Notes: generated by a model from the letters alone, not told the origin. A stretch of 64,000 bases of DNA from Octopus sinensis (GCF_006345805.1 NC_043010.1:61628001-61692000); one strand, 5' to 3'; positions 46,663-61,849 are shown, counted from the stretch's first letter. Numbers and translations are program-made.

Positions 46663-47200
46663 ATCATCATCATCGTTTAACGTCTGCTTTCCATGCTGGC
46701 TTGGGTTGGACGGTTTGACTGAAGACTGGTGAGCCAGGTGGCTGCTCCGGGCTCCAGTCTGATCTGGCAGTGTTTCTACAGCTGGATGCCCTTCCTAAGG
46801 CCAACCACTCCAAGGGTGTAGTGAGTGCTTTTACATGCCACCAGCATGGGGGTCAGTCAGGCTGTTCTGGCAACAACACACTCAAAAGGTGTTTTTTTAT
46901 GTGCTACCTGGACAGAAGCCAGTTCAGCGCCACTGCCAACGACCACGCTCGAATTTTGTTTTCCATGTGCCACTGACACATGTGCCGGTAAGGCGACGCT
47001 AGCAACGGTCATGCTTGAATGGTGCTTTTCACGTGTCACCGGCACAGGAGCCAATCCATGGCCCTGGCAACGACCACACTTGGATGTGCTATTAACGTTC
47101 CACTGGCACAAGTGCCAATCAGGTGGCACTGTCATTGGCCACGTCAGCGATTTTGATTTTTTACACTTGCCTCAAAATGTCTTCACAAGCAATGTTCATT
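46663..47200 (-). mobile_element. (ATG)n-tailed retroposon (family C), longest copy with ~5 internal subunits
   Basis: Same ordered subunit variants as 28195-28592, in reverse orientation. Confidence 0.75.
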
Positions 47201-48829
47201 GAGCAATGAATGAGGAGTACTCATAAGTGGGCTGGATACACACACACATATATATACATACATACACACACACATATATATACATATACACATATATGTA
47301 CATACATACACTCATACATATATGTACACACACACACATATATATATATATACATATCACACACGTGTACTAGTTGTATAGTAATCATTTTCCTTTATTT
47401 GATATGAATGTTTAACTATATTACTGGTTTCAAATTTTGGCACAATGCCACCAATTTGGGGGAGCGGAGGAGGTAACTTGATTACATTGAACCCTCAACC
47501 TCCCATTCAGCTAGTACTTATTTTACCAACCCTAACACAATGAAAGGTAAAGTCAACTTAGGCAGATCTTGAACCCAGAATGTAAAGACGGACGAAATGC
47601 TGCTAAGCCTTTTGTCCTGTGGGCCAATGTCTCTGCCCAATCACCACCAAATATATAATTAGCAGTCATTTTTAATTACGATATGTTAGAACAGAAGTAT
47701 ATATTAATTATTGATGCGTGAATCAATGTGCCATTGATACGGTAATTGTACTGCAGGGTGAATCCATTGTTGTAACATGGGGTTTAGTTGAGAAGACATG
47801 AGGGCATGAGGGGCAAATGCAAACGAATGCCTGTATAACCTCTCTGTAGACAGAAAAACAGGGATTGGTCTGACCAGTCCAGCTTTATCTTTTACTTGTT
47901 TCTGTCATAAGACTGCGACCATGCTGGGGCACTGCTATGAAGAATTTTTAGTCGAATGAATCCACCTCGTTATTTATATATTTTTTCAAAGCCTGATACT
48001 TATTCTATCAGTCTTTTTTGCTAAACCGCTAAGTCACAGGGACATAAACACACCAACACCAGTTAAGCAGCGATGGGAGACAAACATAGACACACACACA
48101 CACACAACAGGCTTCTTTTAGTTTCCATCTACCAAATCCAGATTTGCTTGGTCCAATGCTGTAGTAGATGACACTTGCCAAAGGTTTCACGCAGTGGGAC
48201 TGAACCAGGGACCATGTGGTTGGGAAGTGAATTTCTTACCACACAGCTATACCTGCACCTACCCCCAGCATTATTATATGAGTGTTTCTTATTGGCATAA
48301 TGACCCTTCTAAGGTACAATATCTTCAAAAAATGTCTAGATGCTGTTATTTATTGTGTAATTAATGTTTAGCACACTATAGGTGCATCATGTCACCATGA
48401 TGAGTTTTCCCTGTTCTCAACCAGACACAATGCCTCTGCAGGTTACAAGGGAGAAAACTTGTACAGCACCATGGTGCACCTAAGTGTGCTGAAGGTTAAA
48501 ACTGTGCAGTCATTGTTCAAAATATCTTTCAACTGTTTTTCTCTCATCATCAAAACCTGATTTTAAATGGCAAAGACACAGTCTTACTTATTATGCATAC
48601 AAACCATCTCATATTTCACTACACACACACAAAATATAAGACAGAACTGATCCAGATTCATTCCCATACTACAGTTTGTGTGCTTTCTAAAATGTCAATC
48701 AACTGATTTTATTGGTGTCATCTGACTTGCTTGTTTATAGTCTTTAATCCACTCCAGGAAGGAATTTTTATAACTCACTATATTATACAGAACACACTCA
48801 TATATATATCAAACGGAAATTGTAGTTAA

Positions 48830-49117
48830 GACACCTGTGCCGGTGACACATAAAAAGCACCGTCCGAACATGGCAGATGCCAGCGCCGCCTGACAGGCGT
48901 CTGTGTCGGTGACACGTAAAAGCACCATTTGCCAGCCTCCTCTGGCCCTGTGCCAGTGGATCGTAAAAAACACCCACTACACTCACGGAGTGGTTGGCGT
49001 TAGGAAGGGCATCCAGCTGTAGAAACACTGCCAAACCAGACTGGAGCCTGGTGCAGCCTTCATGGCTTACCAGACCCCAGTCAAACTGTCCACGGATGTT
49101 AAATGATGATGATGATG

Positions 49118-49118
<1 letters not shown>
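48830..49118 (+). mobile_element. (ATG)n-tailed retroposon (family C)
   Basis: Conserved body and taaatgatgatgatgatg tail. Confidence 0.7.
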
Positions 49119-49148
<30 letters not shown>

Positions 49149-49179
49149 AATATATACATATGTATTTATACATATATAT

Positions 49180-49216
<37 letters not shown>

Positions 49217-51033
49217 CATATATATAAATATATATATATCATCATCATCAACCCCACTTAACACCCACTTTTCCATAGCACAAGTCAGACAGAATTTAGC
49301 ACTGGTTCTGGTGCCATATAAAAAGCACCCAATACACTCTGTAGAGTGGTTGGCATTAGGAAAGGCATCCAGCTGTAGAAACCTCACCAAAGCAGACAAT
49401 GGAACTTGGTGGGGGTCCTGGCCTTGCCAGCTCTAGTCAAACCATCCAACCTATACCAGTATGGAAAACAGATACTGGTACTTTTTGGTTATCTCACCCC
49501 CATTAAAAAATTGCCATTAAAAAATTGGATTATTTCCCCACTAAAAAATCGAGTTAATGTGGCGACAAGAGATTGGATTAAAAGGGTTAGATCCTTTTGA
49601 TTTAATACTTCAACACATTGTTGATGTTTGGCCTCCTCAATAGGCAGGAAATGATTTGTTATAAAAATATTATCAGATTTGGAAAGATGTTTAATTTTTT
49701 CCATTTTCATGTTTGTTAATTTTTTCAGTTTTGTATGATTTGTTATAAAAATGTTATTGAATTCAATTTTCACTTTCCATATTTATTAATTTTCTCATTT
49801 TTCATTTCTTTTATTGAAGGTTAAAAGTTTTTTTTAGTTGAGGGAAATAACCAAAAGTACTGATATTACTCATGAAAAGGGGAGAGAGATAACCCAATTT
49901 TTTAATGGGGGTGAGATAACCAAGAAGTACCCAGACGTTTGCACGTACACACACGCACTCCCTTTTTCTTGCATGTCGGAATGGGTCAGATGGGTACATA
50001 TTACAGGGGCATTGTTTGACAGCTGGATGCAGAATGTAAACAATCATACACACACACACACCATGCCATCTGATGGTTACCATTGTGTTTACCACTGATT
50101 GTCTGGCCATAAGATTACTGTTTACAATCCCAACTGGAGCCAACTGTGTCTTAAAACTGAGGAATTTACAGCTTACCAATTGCTAAGACATTACTATTTC
50201 CATTTCAGTTGAATGAGGTGGTTGTGTACACAGCTGGCACCATCTGTCAGTCAGTGAAGTAGATTCAGTGAAGCATGGCCATGCATTAGACATACCAGAC
50301 ATAGTTTTCACTGGGAGGTCAGAGGTTAGAGAGAGAAAATTGACAGACAACTAATGGAGCAGTTTTTGAAAGTTCTAAACTATACAATGTCTACATAGTG
50401 TGTGTATAGGCGTGCAAGTGTGTGTATGTGGGGGGTATAGGTTACAAGTGAGTGTGTGTGGGTATAGGTGTGTGTGTGTGTGTATAGCAGATGCCTTGTG
50501 AATAGCTTTATGATCACAAGAAAACAATTTGTTAACATTAAATAAAGATTATTTGCCAACATAATATGGCAGATAATATGGTTAGGATGAATGCTACTGT
50601 TGTTTAGCCCCAGGAAAGATCGGCTCCAGCTGGCTGTACAACACACTCTCTGTGTCATTATATTTTCAAACAGGGGGGAGATTAGCATCCCCAACCCAGC
50701 ACAGAACAATTTTTTAATACAGGACCATAAATATGAATGTGTGTGCATATATTATATACATATATATATAGAGAGAGATGTGTGTGTGCAATTATATGAC
50801 ATATATCATCATCATCTTTGTTTAGCGTCCACTTTCCATGCTAGCATGGGTTGGATGGTTCAACTGGGGTAGGGGAGCCAGAAGGCTGCACCCCCCCAGA
50901 CCCCAGTGAGGGGGTATATATATATATATATATATATAGTTAATCCAAACAAGAAAACACAAAAAAACACAGCAACGCGAGGACGTGGAACAAATAAAGT
51001 ATTATTGGACGCTCAGGAAAAAAGGGAAGGAGG

Positions 51034-51068
51034 GTTTAACGTTTCGAGCAGAGCTCTTCATCGGAAAC
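51034..51068 (-). ncRNA. Minimal type I hammerhead-like motif (Penelope-type) in a dispersed repeat
   Basis: GTTT-CCGATGA-A-GAGC-TCT-GCTC-GAAA-CGTT-AAAC. It has a 4-bp stem I, a 4-bp stem II, a palindromic AACGTT stem III and a U4-to-C core change. Confidence 0.5.
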
Positions 51069-51461
51069 ATAGGAGTAGGAAAGATCCCGAGAAGGGAAGA
51101 CAGAGGAAAAAAATTGCTGGCGGTGCTCACGAGGTCCAGCCCCACCCCACGAAATATAACAATACGTCTAACCCTTCAGCATTTAAACCAGCCATATCCG
51201 GCCCAAATTTTCTACCTGTTTTATGTTCAAACCAGCTAGATCTGGTTTCTCCCACCTCCCCTACAATATCAGTCTAAATATATACAATCATATCTTTAAA
51301 ATCTCAAAGCGATGAGATAAAGCAGGATTAAGTGAAAGACATCTGAATAAACAAAGTTTACATTTGACAGAAGAATTTGAACCTGAAACGGTTAAACACA
51401 CAATTACACAGCAGGAATCTTACAAAACAAATACATAAACACACACACATGTATATATATT

Positions 51462-51845
51462 CTTTTATTCCTTTACTTGTTTCAGTCATCTGACTGTGGC
51501 CATGCTGGAGCACTGCCTTTAGTAGAAGAAATCAATCCCAGAACTTATTCTTTGTAAGCCTAGTATTTATTCTATCAGTTTCTGTTGCCAAACCGCTAAG
51601 TTATCTGGACGTAAACACACCAAAATTGGTTGTCAAACTATGGTGGGGGTGGCAGGGGCAATCACATACACACACACACACATATATATGATGGGCTTCT
51701 TTCAGTTTCCATCTACCAAATCCACTCACAAAGCTTTGGTCAGCTATAGCAGAAGACAATTGCCCAAGGTGCCATGTAGTGGGATTGAACCTGAAACCAT
51801 GTGGTTGGGAAGCAAGCTTCTTACCACACAGCCACGCCTGCACCT
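51462..51845 (-). mobile_element. tRNA-headed SINE (family B)
   Basis: Homologous to 12861-13222. Confidence 0.8.
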
Positions 51846-52005
51846 ATACACACACACATATTAAAGGAGAAGGATCAGAAGTCTAATATGGAACCCAGCT
51901 CCAGCCTCAGCCATGAGTTCGGAACCTAACAGGTGACCAATCATTGCACTTGCACAATGTACCGATTCGCTTAGATCACCAGTGAACTAAACCCCTCATA
52001 TTCTT

Positions 52006-52069
<64 letters not shown>

Positions 52070-52435
52070 ACCTACACCAATGTCGCATAACCAGCCCACT
52101 CAAAAGTACCTTGGATCATAGGGTGACATGGTGTGCTTGAGGTGACCTAATGAGTCAAGTACATCAACATCAAAATCAAATCAAATGGAAATTGTCATTG
52201 TGACTCCCATGCTGATAGCATCTAAAAAGCACCATCCGATTGTGGTCGATGCCAGCCTCCTCTGGCCCGTGGCAGTGGCATCCAGCTGTAGAAACACTGC
52301 CAGATCAGATTGGGGCCTGGTGCAGCCTCCTGGCTTCCCAGACCCCAGTCGAACCATTCAACCCATGCCAGCATAGAAAAATGGACGTTTATCAATGATG
52401 ATGATGATGATATATATGCATTCATGCACACACAT

Positions 52436-52640
52436 GTATGCATAAAGTAATGTCACACCTGGAGGGCATGTCTTCATGGATTTCCTGTCAACAAGACTGA
52501 CCTCTGTCTCACCTTGACCTTTTACTAATTTACAACACCAACTTTCCTCCCTAAATTTTGAGCACACTTTCAGGCATACTCCTACTCCAGTACCAAGGTC
52601 ACATGTGAAACCTACTCTGACCACACCCATCACCATCATA
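52436..52640 (-). mobile_element. Decayed non-LTR reverse transcriptase fragment (RTE-like)
   Basis: VRVG...GVGV(fs)..SVL...TCPPGVTLLYA resembles the GV.QGSVLSP...LLYADD RT motifs but is heavily decayed. Confidence 0.4.
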
Positions 52641-53002
52641 ATTAACTGTGTGCAGAGAGGGGGGTCACTTGAATTGCTAAAAAGAGCAACTAAATCTCCT
52701 TCAAATCACATTGTCAGCAAATAGTATATATACCTTTTCATGTCCACCACAAATCCTACAACCAACAACAAGAACACCCCCCACACAGCACTGCCATCAT
52801 GAAGGATTAACAATAATAATGAAATTATTGTATACAGTGCTCAGGTGCACCACAACTTGTCAGAAAGTGCATCTAAAGTGTATGCAGTAACGTACAAATG
52901 TCTGGAAAGCGAACAATGTATGAGTCAGATACAACAAATATCTAATAAGAAATAATTGTGGTGAGGAAAAGACAACCTTAAATCAACGACTTTTTCCTTC
53001 AA

Positions 53003-53223
53003 CCCTTTCAATACCAACCCGGCTGGAACCAGCTCTGGCTTTGAGTAGAAATGTCTTGTTTTCAAAAGTTCTGAATTAAAATCTTCCACCAAACCTTAGT
53101 CACAGTTTATGTTCCTAATACTAGCTTAATGATAACCAAGTTATTTTACTAAATTCTTTGTTATATTTAAAATTAATTGAAAGAAACACAGAGCACCTCA
53201 ACAGAAATATGGTAACGAAAGGG
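53003..53223. mobile_element. piggyBac-type MITE (family P1)
   Basis: Colinear with 31449-31658 and ends gtaacgaaaggg-TTAA. Confidence 0.75.
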
Positions 53224-54939
53224 TTAAATAGTTTTGTCAAGGATGGGAGATCACTCCAGATATATTTTGGTCCTTATTAGGCCTTCTCAACAGAACATAG
53301 GTTTCCCTGTACTTGCCAAAGGAGCAGTGAGCAGAGAGTCATTAGGTGCAATGTTGTAGATGGGGATGTGTGAAAATTAGTATATTTGAATAAAAAATAA
53401 ATAAATAAATCACCAAGGTTAATTATGATTAATACTGGTGATTCACTGGTTTATTAAGAAGTTGTGTCACACTTTCTCAAGTATCATGTACAGCATGCTT
53501 CCACAGCTGACATCAAATAGGAAGTTGTCATCATCATCATCATCATTTAACATCTGTTTTCCATGCTGGTATGGGTTGGACAGTTAGACAGAAAGGCAAG
53601 GCCAGGAGCCACACCAGGTCCTATTCTGTTTTAGCATGGTTTCCATAGCTGAATACCCTTCCTAACGTCAACCACTTTACAAGGTACACCAGGTGCTTTT
53701 TATGGGGCACCAGCACTGAGAGTGGAAGGGGAGTAGTATTGAAGGGGTGTGGCTTTTGGCCAGTTGAAAGTTTTATGGTATAGGGAAGACAGATGTAGCC
53801 ATATTGCGGTTCACCTATCGCAGTTGGTAGTGTTTTGCATTTATAATAAAATAAATATATACAAATTATAAAAATAATAAAATAGAATATACAGTGCAGT
53901 ACCGTTTCTACTTCACAGATTTTCACTAATCATGGGGGGTTGGGGGTTGGAACATAACATCCACGACAGTCGAGGGATTGCAGTATATATATATATATGG
54001 ATGTTCTCAAAATTACAGCTGTGACTTTCAACTTCTTACCAGAAGGCAGTTAAGAGACATATGAAATAAAGAATTCAACATTTCAGGGTCTTATTCCTCA
54101 GACTGTGTTTAAGAGAGAGAGAGAGAAACCCAAACATTCCCTTTAACATCATCCCCGTCCCCATTATTTTAATGTCCCCTTTTCCATGTTTGCATGGGCC
54201 AGAAAGAGTTTGTTGAGGCAGATTTTCCACAGCCAGATACCTTTACTGTCACAACCTTCATCCCTTTACGAAAACAAGGGTAATCCATTCTCCATGGCCA
54301 GACATGTTTTCCATGGAAGGACGACTGCTAACAAATAACATCACTTACATGATGAGATGATGCTTATTTACAAGCATCACATAATGTCAAAACAACACTA
54401 AACATGGCATATATACATACATTTTATCTATCTATCCACCACCACCACCACCACCATCATCATTATTCAACGTCTGTTTTCAATGCTGGTGTGGCTTGGA
54501 CAGTTTCACAGGAGCTGCACCAGGCCCCAACTGCCTGCTTTAGCATGGTTTCCATGGCAGGATAACCTTCTTAATGCCAACCACTTTACAGAGTGCACTG
54601 GGTGCAATTTATTAAGCGCTGGTGCAGCTGTTTTTCATGTGACACCAGCACCAGTTGGGGTCGCCAAGTAACTTGCAAAACAAGGACCTCTTAGTTGACA
54701 GAGGGAGTGGCACTGTGGGAAGTGGTTGGATGCCAGGGTCAGGGTGAGTTGTCTTACATAAAGGATTTCTGTTGGCTCCCAGATTTTACTGGGGAGTCAA
54801 TTAGATGTCCACCCCAACCACTGCATTCTACAAAACAAAATAACATTTTTAACAGAGTTGATGCAAAGTGAAGTCAAATACATATCCAATTATTATTATT
54901 ACTATTAACAATAATAATAATAATAATAATAATAGTATA

Positions 54940-55145
54940 GGATGGCGAGCTGGCAGAATTGTTAGCACGCCAGGCGAAATGCTTAGCACTACGTTCTGAG
55001 TTCAAATTCCACTGAGGTTGACTTTGCCTTTCATCCTTTCGGGGTTGATTAAATAAGTACCAGTTACGCACTGGGTCGATGTAATCGACTTAATCCCTTT
55101 GTCTGTTCTTGTTTGTCCCCTCTATGTGGGCAATAAAGAAATAAA
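54940..55145 (+). mobile_element. tRNA-headed SINE (family A)
   Basis: Homologous to 20221-20453. Confidence 0.8.
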
Positions 55146-57126
55146 TAATAACAATAGTTTATAACATAGACAAAATGGTTGGCACTTGGAAGGGTATCCA
55201 GCTGTAAAAACCATTCCAAAACTGACCTCACCTGTGCGAGCGCCGTGTAAAAAGCACTAAGTCCACTCTACTAAGTGGTTGGTGTTAGGAAGAGCGTCCA
55301 GCTGTAAAAACCCTGCTAAACACAGAGGCTCCTGCCTGGCCAGCTCCTGTCAAACCATCCACCTCATGTCGGCATGGAAGGCAGACGTTAAATGATGATG
55401 ATGATAACACAATGGCAAACATTCTGTGAAGAGTAATCATCTATTTACATCAACCCCAGTACACAACTGGTACTTCACTTTATCAACCTCCCTGAGAAAG
55501 TCAGCCCCAGCAAGATATGAACCCAGAACACGAAGACACAGAAGCAAACCCTACAAACTGTTTAGTCTGACCCTTCCACAATCCTGCCATTGATTGCTCA
55601 TACCTAATTAACGATGATAATGCTGTAACACACTTGTAGTGATATCTGTATCTCTTCAGGATCGATAGAGCACTCGACAAAATGTCTCGTGGTCTTTAGT
55701 TACGGTGCTTTATGCTTTCAGTTGAAATCGTATTGAGATCAATATTGCCTGTTATCTTTCTGAGAGCCAACAAAATAAATACCAGTCATGTGCTGGGGTT
55801 AATATAACTGAATATCCCCCACCCCTACTATTTCGGGGTATATGCCAGTATAGGAAATTATTATTATTATTATTGTCAAAATCAGTGGATTGGCAAAGTT
55901 GTCATTTATGGACAAAATGCCTCAAGGAGTTGGCGTGGGTGTGTTGTTAAAAATATCACTTGGCAACCACATGGTCTCAGGTTCAATCCCACTGCATGGC
56001 ACATTGGACGTCCTCTATTACAGCCCCAGGATGACCAAAGACTTGTGAACAGATTTGGTAGATAAAAACTGTGTGGAAGCCCACTGTAAATATATCATCA
56101 TCATCATCATATATGCGTACGTGTATGTGTGTGCATATTTGTATCATGTATGTCCCTCACCACTGAATGCCAATCGGTGTTGGTTTGTTCACATCCCTGT
56201 ATGTACCGGGGTCAATCTGATTAAACCCTTCAAGGTGGTGCCCCAGCATGGTCGCAGTCCAATGACTGAAACAAGTAAAAAATAAAACAAGAAAGATATG
56301 TTCTGCGTTGAAGTCCTTCCAAGTCGGACTTCACCCTTCGTCCATCCAAACTTAATAAAACCAGAACCAGTTTTGATACAAACATTTTGTTCATTTAACC
56401 CTTCATTAAAATTCCTGGCATTTTTTCTTTTGCATCCATTTTAGAAAACTTCAACATTTGTAACACTTAGTTATGTCCCTTTATAGCCTGAGTTCAAATT
56501 CTGCTCAGATCAATTTATGAACTCCCATCTTTCTGGGGCTGATCTGATAAAATACAGGCAGGGTCGAGACCTGGCTTTAATTCCCATTTGGTGATAAGTA
56601 ACTTCATTTACTACCATAAGACTGTTATTATGGACCTTCCAGCTATGACCATCCCTTCTCTTAAAAGTATATAGGACTACATTGTCGAATGTGTCTTTCT
56701 TTTTTACAATGATGGTAGGGTGTGATTTAAGGGAGATTTAGCTGCTTTATCTAGTAGATCAAGTAGGCTTCCTAATTGGCTCAACTTTCTTAATGTACCA
56801 ATTAAATACTAGGATAAAATTCCAATGATCGTTTCTTCCCTTTTGTCCCTGAGTTAGGGATCATCATTAGTACTGCCGTATCACTGGATCTGTTGGGGGT
56901 GGGGCATACACACCACATATTTGACAGTAAGTTGCAATAATCCTCTTCCAGTTTAACTCTTTACATTTTCGTAAGTTTGTCCCAAACGTCCATGCTTCTT
57001 TTCAGACTTTTAGCTAATCCTTATCTCATATGTCCCGACCTAAATGCAGGAGGCTTAGCCAACCAACAAACATTGAGGAAACTGTGGCATTCATGGCTTT
57101 TCTCTAAATGCACTGGATACTATATC

Positions 57127-57364
57127 TATTTCTATTTCTTTACTACCCACAAGGGGCTAAACACAGAGAGGACAAACAAGGATAGACAAACGGATTAAGT
57201 CGATTATATCGACCCCAGTGCGCAACTGGTACTTAATTTATCGACCCGAAAAGATAAAAGGCTAAGTCGACATCGGTGGAATTTGAACTCAGAACATAAC
57301 GGCAGACAAAATACCGCTAAGCATTTCGCCCGGCGTGCTAACGTTTCTGCCAGCTTGCTGCCTT
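57127..57364 (-). mobile_element. tRNA-headed SINE (family A) with 13-bp TSD
   Basis: ACTGGATACTATA at 57112-57124 and 57365-57377. Confidence 0.88.
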
Positions 57365-59227
57365 ACTGGATACTATACCAAGCTGCAGTTTAGCCCTATA
57401 CTGATGGTAATGGTAGGAAGAAATGGTATTCGTGGCTACCCGCAAGGTATCACACACACACACACACACTAGCAAGCAGTTTGCTTGTGCAAAATGCTAT
57501 CAATCAAAGGCTTTGTGGTTTTGCGGTAAGAAGTTTGCTTTCCAACCTAATGGTTCCAGGTTCAGTCCCACTGCATAGCACCTTGGACAGCCAAAGCCTT
57601 GCGAGTGGATCTGGCAGATGGAAACTGAAAGAAACCTGTCGCATGTGTGTGTGTGTCCCACCACTGCTTGGCAACTGGTGCTGGTGTGTTTAAGTCCCCG
57701 TAACTTAACAGAACCAAATAAGTACCAAGGTTTAATAAAAGTACTGAGGTCAATTCATGAAGGTGGTGCCCCAGCATGGCCACAGCCTAATGGACTGAAA
57801 CAAGTAAAAGATAAAAGATAGAAGCAATCAGATGCCAGTTGGTCCCAGGAGTCGTGAGGAGAGAATATGCACCAAATGACAGTAATGTTACTAGACTGTG
57901 AAGTTGTGGCTTTCATGGTTTTCCTCCAAATACTATGACAGAGGCCACACTTTGCAAGTTGTGGTCTTCATGACTGACTGTTTGTGCAGACAGGAATTTA
58001 GGGTCTCTGAGAATAAAAGGGAGGTGAACACAACCATAGGCGCTGGTGTGACTGTGTGGTGAGAAGTTTGCCTCCCACCCACAAGGTTCCACGTTCATTC
58101 CCACTGCATGGCACCTTGGGTAATGGTCTTCAACTATATAGCCTTCAGAGTGGATTTGGCAGATGGAAACTGAAAGAAGCCTGTTGTATATATCTATGTA
58201 TGTGTGTCTTTGTGTCTATGTTTGTCCCCCCAACCACCATTTGACAACAGGTGTCGGTTTGTTTCCATCCCTATTACTTAGTGGTTTGGCAATGGAGACC
58301 GATAGAATAAGTACCAGGGTTTATAAAAATAAATAATGGTGTTCATGTATTCTTCAGGGTGGTGCCCCAGCATGGCCACAGTCTAATGACTGAAACAAGG
58401 AAAAAATAAAATATGGGGTAGAATTGGTTCGTTTCACAGTGACCCCAGGTAAGGATAAAATAAGAGGTTGTGATGTTCATGCCACTCCCAAATACATTGA
58501 GAAATTGGAGCTGATGAGGGGAGCCCTTACGTGGTTACTTGATTCACTAGAAGGAGCAGTCAAAATCTGAAATCACACCCTACAATCATTGTAGAAGTGC
58601 CACATACCTCTGAAAAGGGGTGGTCACAGTAGGAAGGTCTTCAATAACAATATTATGGAAGTGAAACCAGGTCTTGACCTTGCCTGACCTCTGACCCCAC
58701 CACAGCAGGGAAGAGAGGGAATGTAGTCTATAAGTTCTCCAGCAATATATCACTGCTATTAATTTAATGGGGATCAGCTGTGAAGTGTTTCTTTAACTGT
58801 TTTAATAACATCGGACGAGTGGAAAATGAGAGTGTGTGGTATTCATGCATTTCTAGGGTGGGGGGAGAAGTGAATAGAAACTTAAACTTTGTTGAACCAA
58901 TGGGCTCCTAGAAATAGCAACCGAATTTCCCTCAGATCGTACTTTACTGTCTTTAGAAAAGGAAGGACACATTGGATAACAATCCTAGACAACACAGGAC
59001 TGCGGAATGGCCACGGTTGGGATACCTTTGATCATTGACCTGCTCATTCAGAGTTCACCTGCAACAAGAACTAGAACATACGAGCCGGTAACTGGTCCCC
59101 GAACCGGCTAGAAATAACAGCCAAATTTTCCCTACAATTACATCTGACCGTCTTATATAAGAACACGTTAGAAAATGTATTTCAGGCTACATTTGTATGT
59201 AAATAGAAAAAAAAGGCGAGACTGTCA

Positions 59228-59435
59228 CGACTGGAATATCTCTTCATCATAGACCGATTCGATTATGGTTGACCTGGTGTCAAACAATAACAACAAACGA
59301 TGTTTTGGCCCGATTCGTTCGGTCGACTCCCAACATGCCAGAGGTGTCTGCCGTTTCAGAGATGACCTATGGCTACAACAACAACAACAGCAACTCAGAC
59401 AACACGAAACGAAAACGAAGAACACTGAAAGGTTA
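59228..59435. other. CpG-retaining unique segment, possible exon of an unidentified gene
   Basis: Plus-strand acceptor-like catcatag| and donor-like GAAAG|GTTATG bracket two open frames. No recognisable domain. Confidence 0.3.
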
Positions 59436-59566
59436 TGTCTCCCAGAAAGTGGACAGTGAACAAAGCTAAATCTGGGAAACTTAGTGTCACAACCATCTTT
59501 CGCCTTTCTATCTATCGATTTCTCAGCTTATCTATCTACCTATCTTATCTGTCTGCCTGTCTATTT

Positions 59567-59569
<3 letters not shown>

Positions 59570-59618
<49 letters not shown>

Positions 59619-59623
59619 CTCTC

Positions 59624-59674
<51 letters not shown>

Positions 59675-59680
59675 GTTTAT
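59570..59680. repeat. (CT)n/(CTAT)n microsatellite
   Basis: Direct reading. Confidence 0.95.
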
Positions 59681-59790
59681 CCGTCTATCTCTCTGTGTAT
59701 CCGTCCATCTATCCCTCTTTCTCCTGTCAGTCTATCTGTCTATCTATCCATGTCAATCTTTCTATCTGTCTATCATGTGAATTTACAGAA

Positions 59791-59823
<33 letters not shown>

Positions 59824-61849
59824 AGCTGAGATAGTTATCATATAGGACACAGATAAAACATTAAGACAGCAGATATATGTACGTAAAGAAGAGCATCTGA
59901 TATTTAGATGGGGGTGGTGGAGGTAATACTTTTCATACTACTACTACTACTACTACTACTACTAATAATAATAATAATAATAACAATAATAATAATAAAT
60001 AACATTAATAATAAACAAGGTATTTCTAATTTAGGCAGAAGACCAGCAGTTTTGAAGGGAAGGTAGTGGTTAGGTCGTACTATCATCGGTCCCAGTACTC
60101 GATGGATACTGATTTTATCGGCCCTGGAAGGATGGAAGGCAAAGTTGACCTCGCCGGGATTTGAACGCAAACCGCACAGAGCCGGACGGCAGAAAGACCG
60201 CAAAACATTTCGTCCGAAGCTCTTGACGATTCTACCAAATCACCACCTTTTATATAATAACAATAACAACAATAATAATAATAATATATTAAATGATATT
60301 AATAAGAATAATAATAATAACAACGGAGGTGGGAAAGAAGTTGCAGAAATTTTGAGAGATGCCATAGGAAGGTGTGAGATGTTCCCTTCTCCCCGCCCCA
60401 AGGTAAGCAAAGTGGTTTGTACTAGGAATCGAAACCCGGGTCGTGGATGGATGAGTGTTGTCGCTTATATTATGATGCCTGCCACCACAACCACCAGTAC
60501 CAGTAGTAGTAGTAATAGTAGTACAACTAGTAATACCAACTATGTGTGTATACATTTATATATAGATATATATACATATATAGATAGATATATATACATG
60601 TATACACATACATGCACACACATATATACATATATATGTGTGTGTGTGTATGTGTATATATATATATATGTATATATATGTTTAGAGAGAGCGATAGGGA
60701 TGTACAGAATAAGGATGAGGTGCGTGATGAAGACGAAGAAAAGAATTGAGGAGTAAAAAAAATCGTTACGTACAACAGCAAGGTGTGAGGAGAGTCGCCA
60801 TGTCACAGCTTTCGTTTCTGTTGGTGTGTTGGAGGGGAGGGGGAGGTTCGCGCGCGCGTGTATGAGTGTGTGTGTATTTGTGTGAGTATGTATGTGTTTG
60901 TATGCGTGTGTTGTGTGCGAGGGGGGAAGAAAGCGGTGGAGATTGAGAGAGGAAGGGGAGGATGTTTTAGATAGAGATGGGAAAGGGAGGGAGGCTTATG
61001 TATGTGTGTAGAGAGAGAGAGGGGGAGTGTTTAGATAGAGAGAGAAAGGAATGTGCAGAGATAGAAACCACAGAGAGAGGAGGGGGTAGAGGTGTTAAGA
61101 TAGAAAAGGATAAGTATGTTTCAAAAGAGAGAGGGGGTGTTTGTTTAAAATAGAGAGGAAAGAAGATAAACAAACGCTGGTTGAGATAAAGAAAGAGTAA
61201 AAGACAGAGAGAGGGGCGCTTAAATAGATAAGGGGAGTAAGTTTTTCGATAAAGAAAGGGTTGCAGACAGAGAGAGTGTTGTGGTAGGTAGACAATATAG
61301 AGAGAGGGTGGCTTTTAAAGAAAGACAGGGTAGCAGGTAGTGAGTGAGTGTTAAATAGATAATAGAGAGAGGATGGGTTGGAGAGAGAGTGGGAGAGATG
61401 ATATAGCAGGAGGATGTTTGAGATAAAGAGAGACTGCCAGATATAGAGAGGGTGTTAAATAGATAATAATAACACAGGGGGAGAACGGTTTAGATAAAGA
61501 GAGTGGTGGAGAGAGGTAGAAAGATGACATAGAGAGGGGGTGTGTGCTGGGAGAGTGTGGCTGTGGTGGTGGTGGGGGGAGGCAGAGTAACAATAGCCTC
61601 CATGGTTGTTGTCAACGAACACCATCGGTCCTCTTTCTCAGTAGATGTGTGTGTGTGTGTGTGTGTGTATATATGGACGTATGTTTATACACAGTTGTGT
61701 GTGTGTGTTTATTCCTCTGTCTTCATTATCAGTCAATCGCCCTCGGCAATTTTTTTTTTTCTTTTACGCCATCACCGCTGCTCCCACCACCACCACCACT
61801 GCTGCCTCCTCCTCCTCCGCCGCCGCCATCATCTTTTGCATTCGAGCCA

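Noticed and set aside
55610-55665. Minus-strand CTGAAGAG-ATACA...TGTGTT resembling the 11.3-kb hammerhead
   Set aside because: The GAAA and stem III are missing, so it is too degenerate to call.
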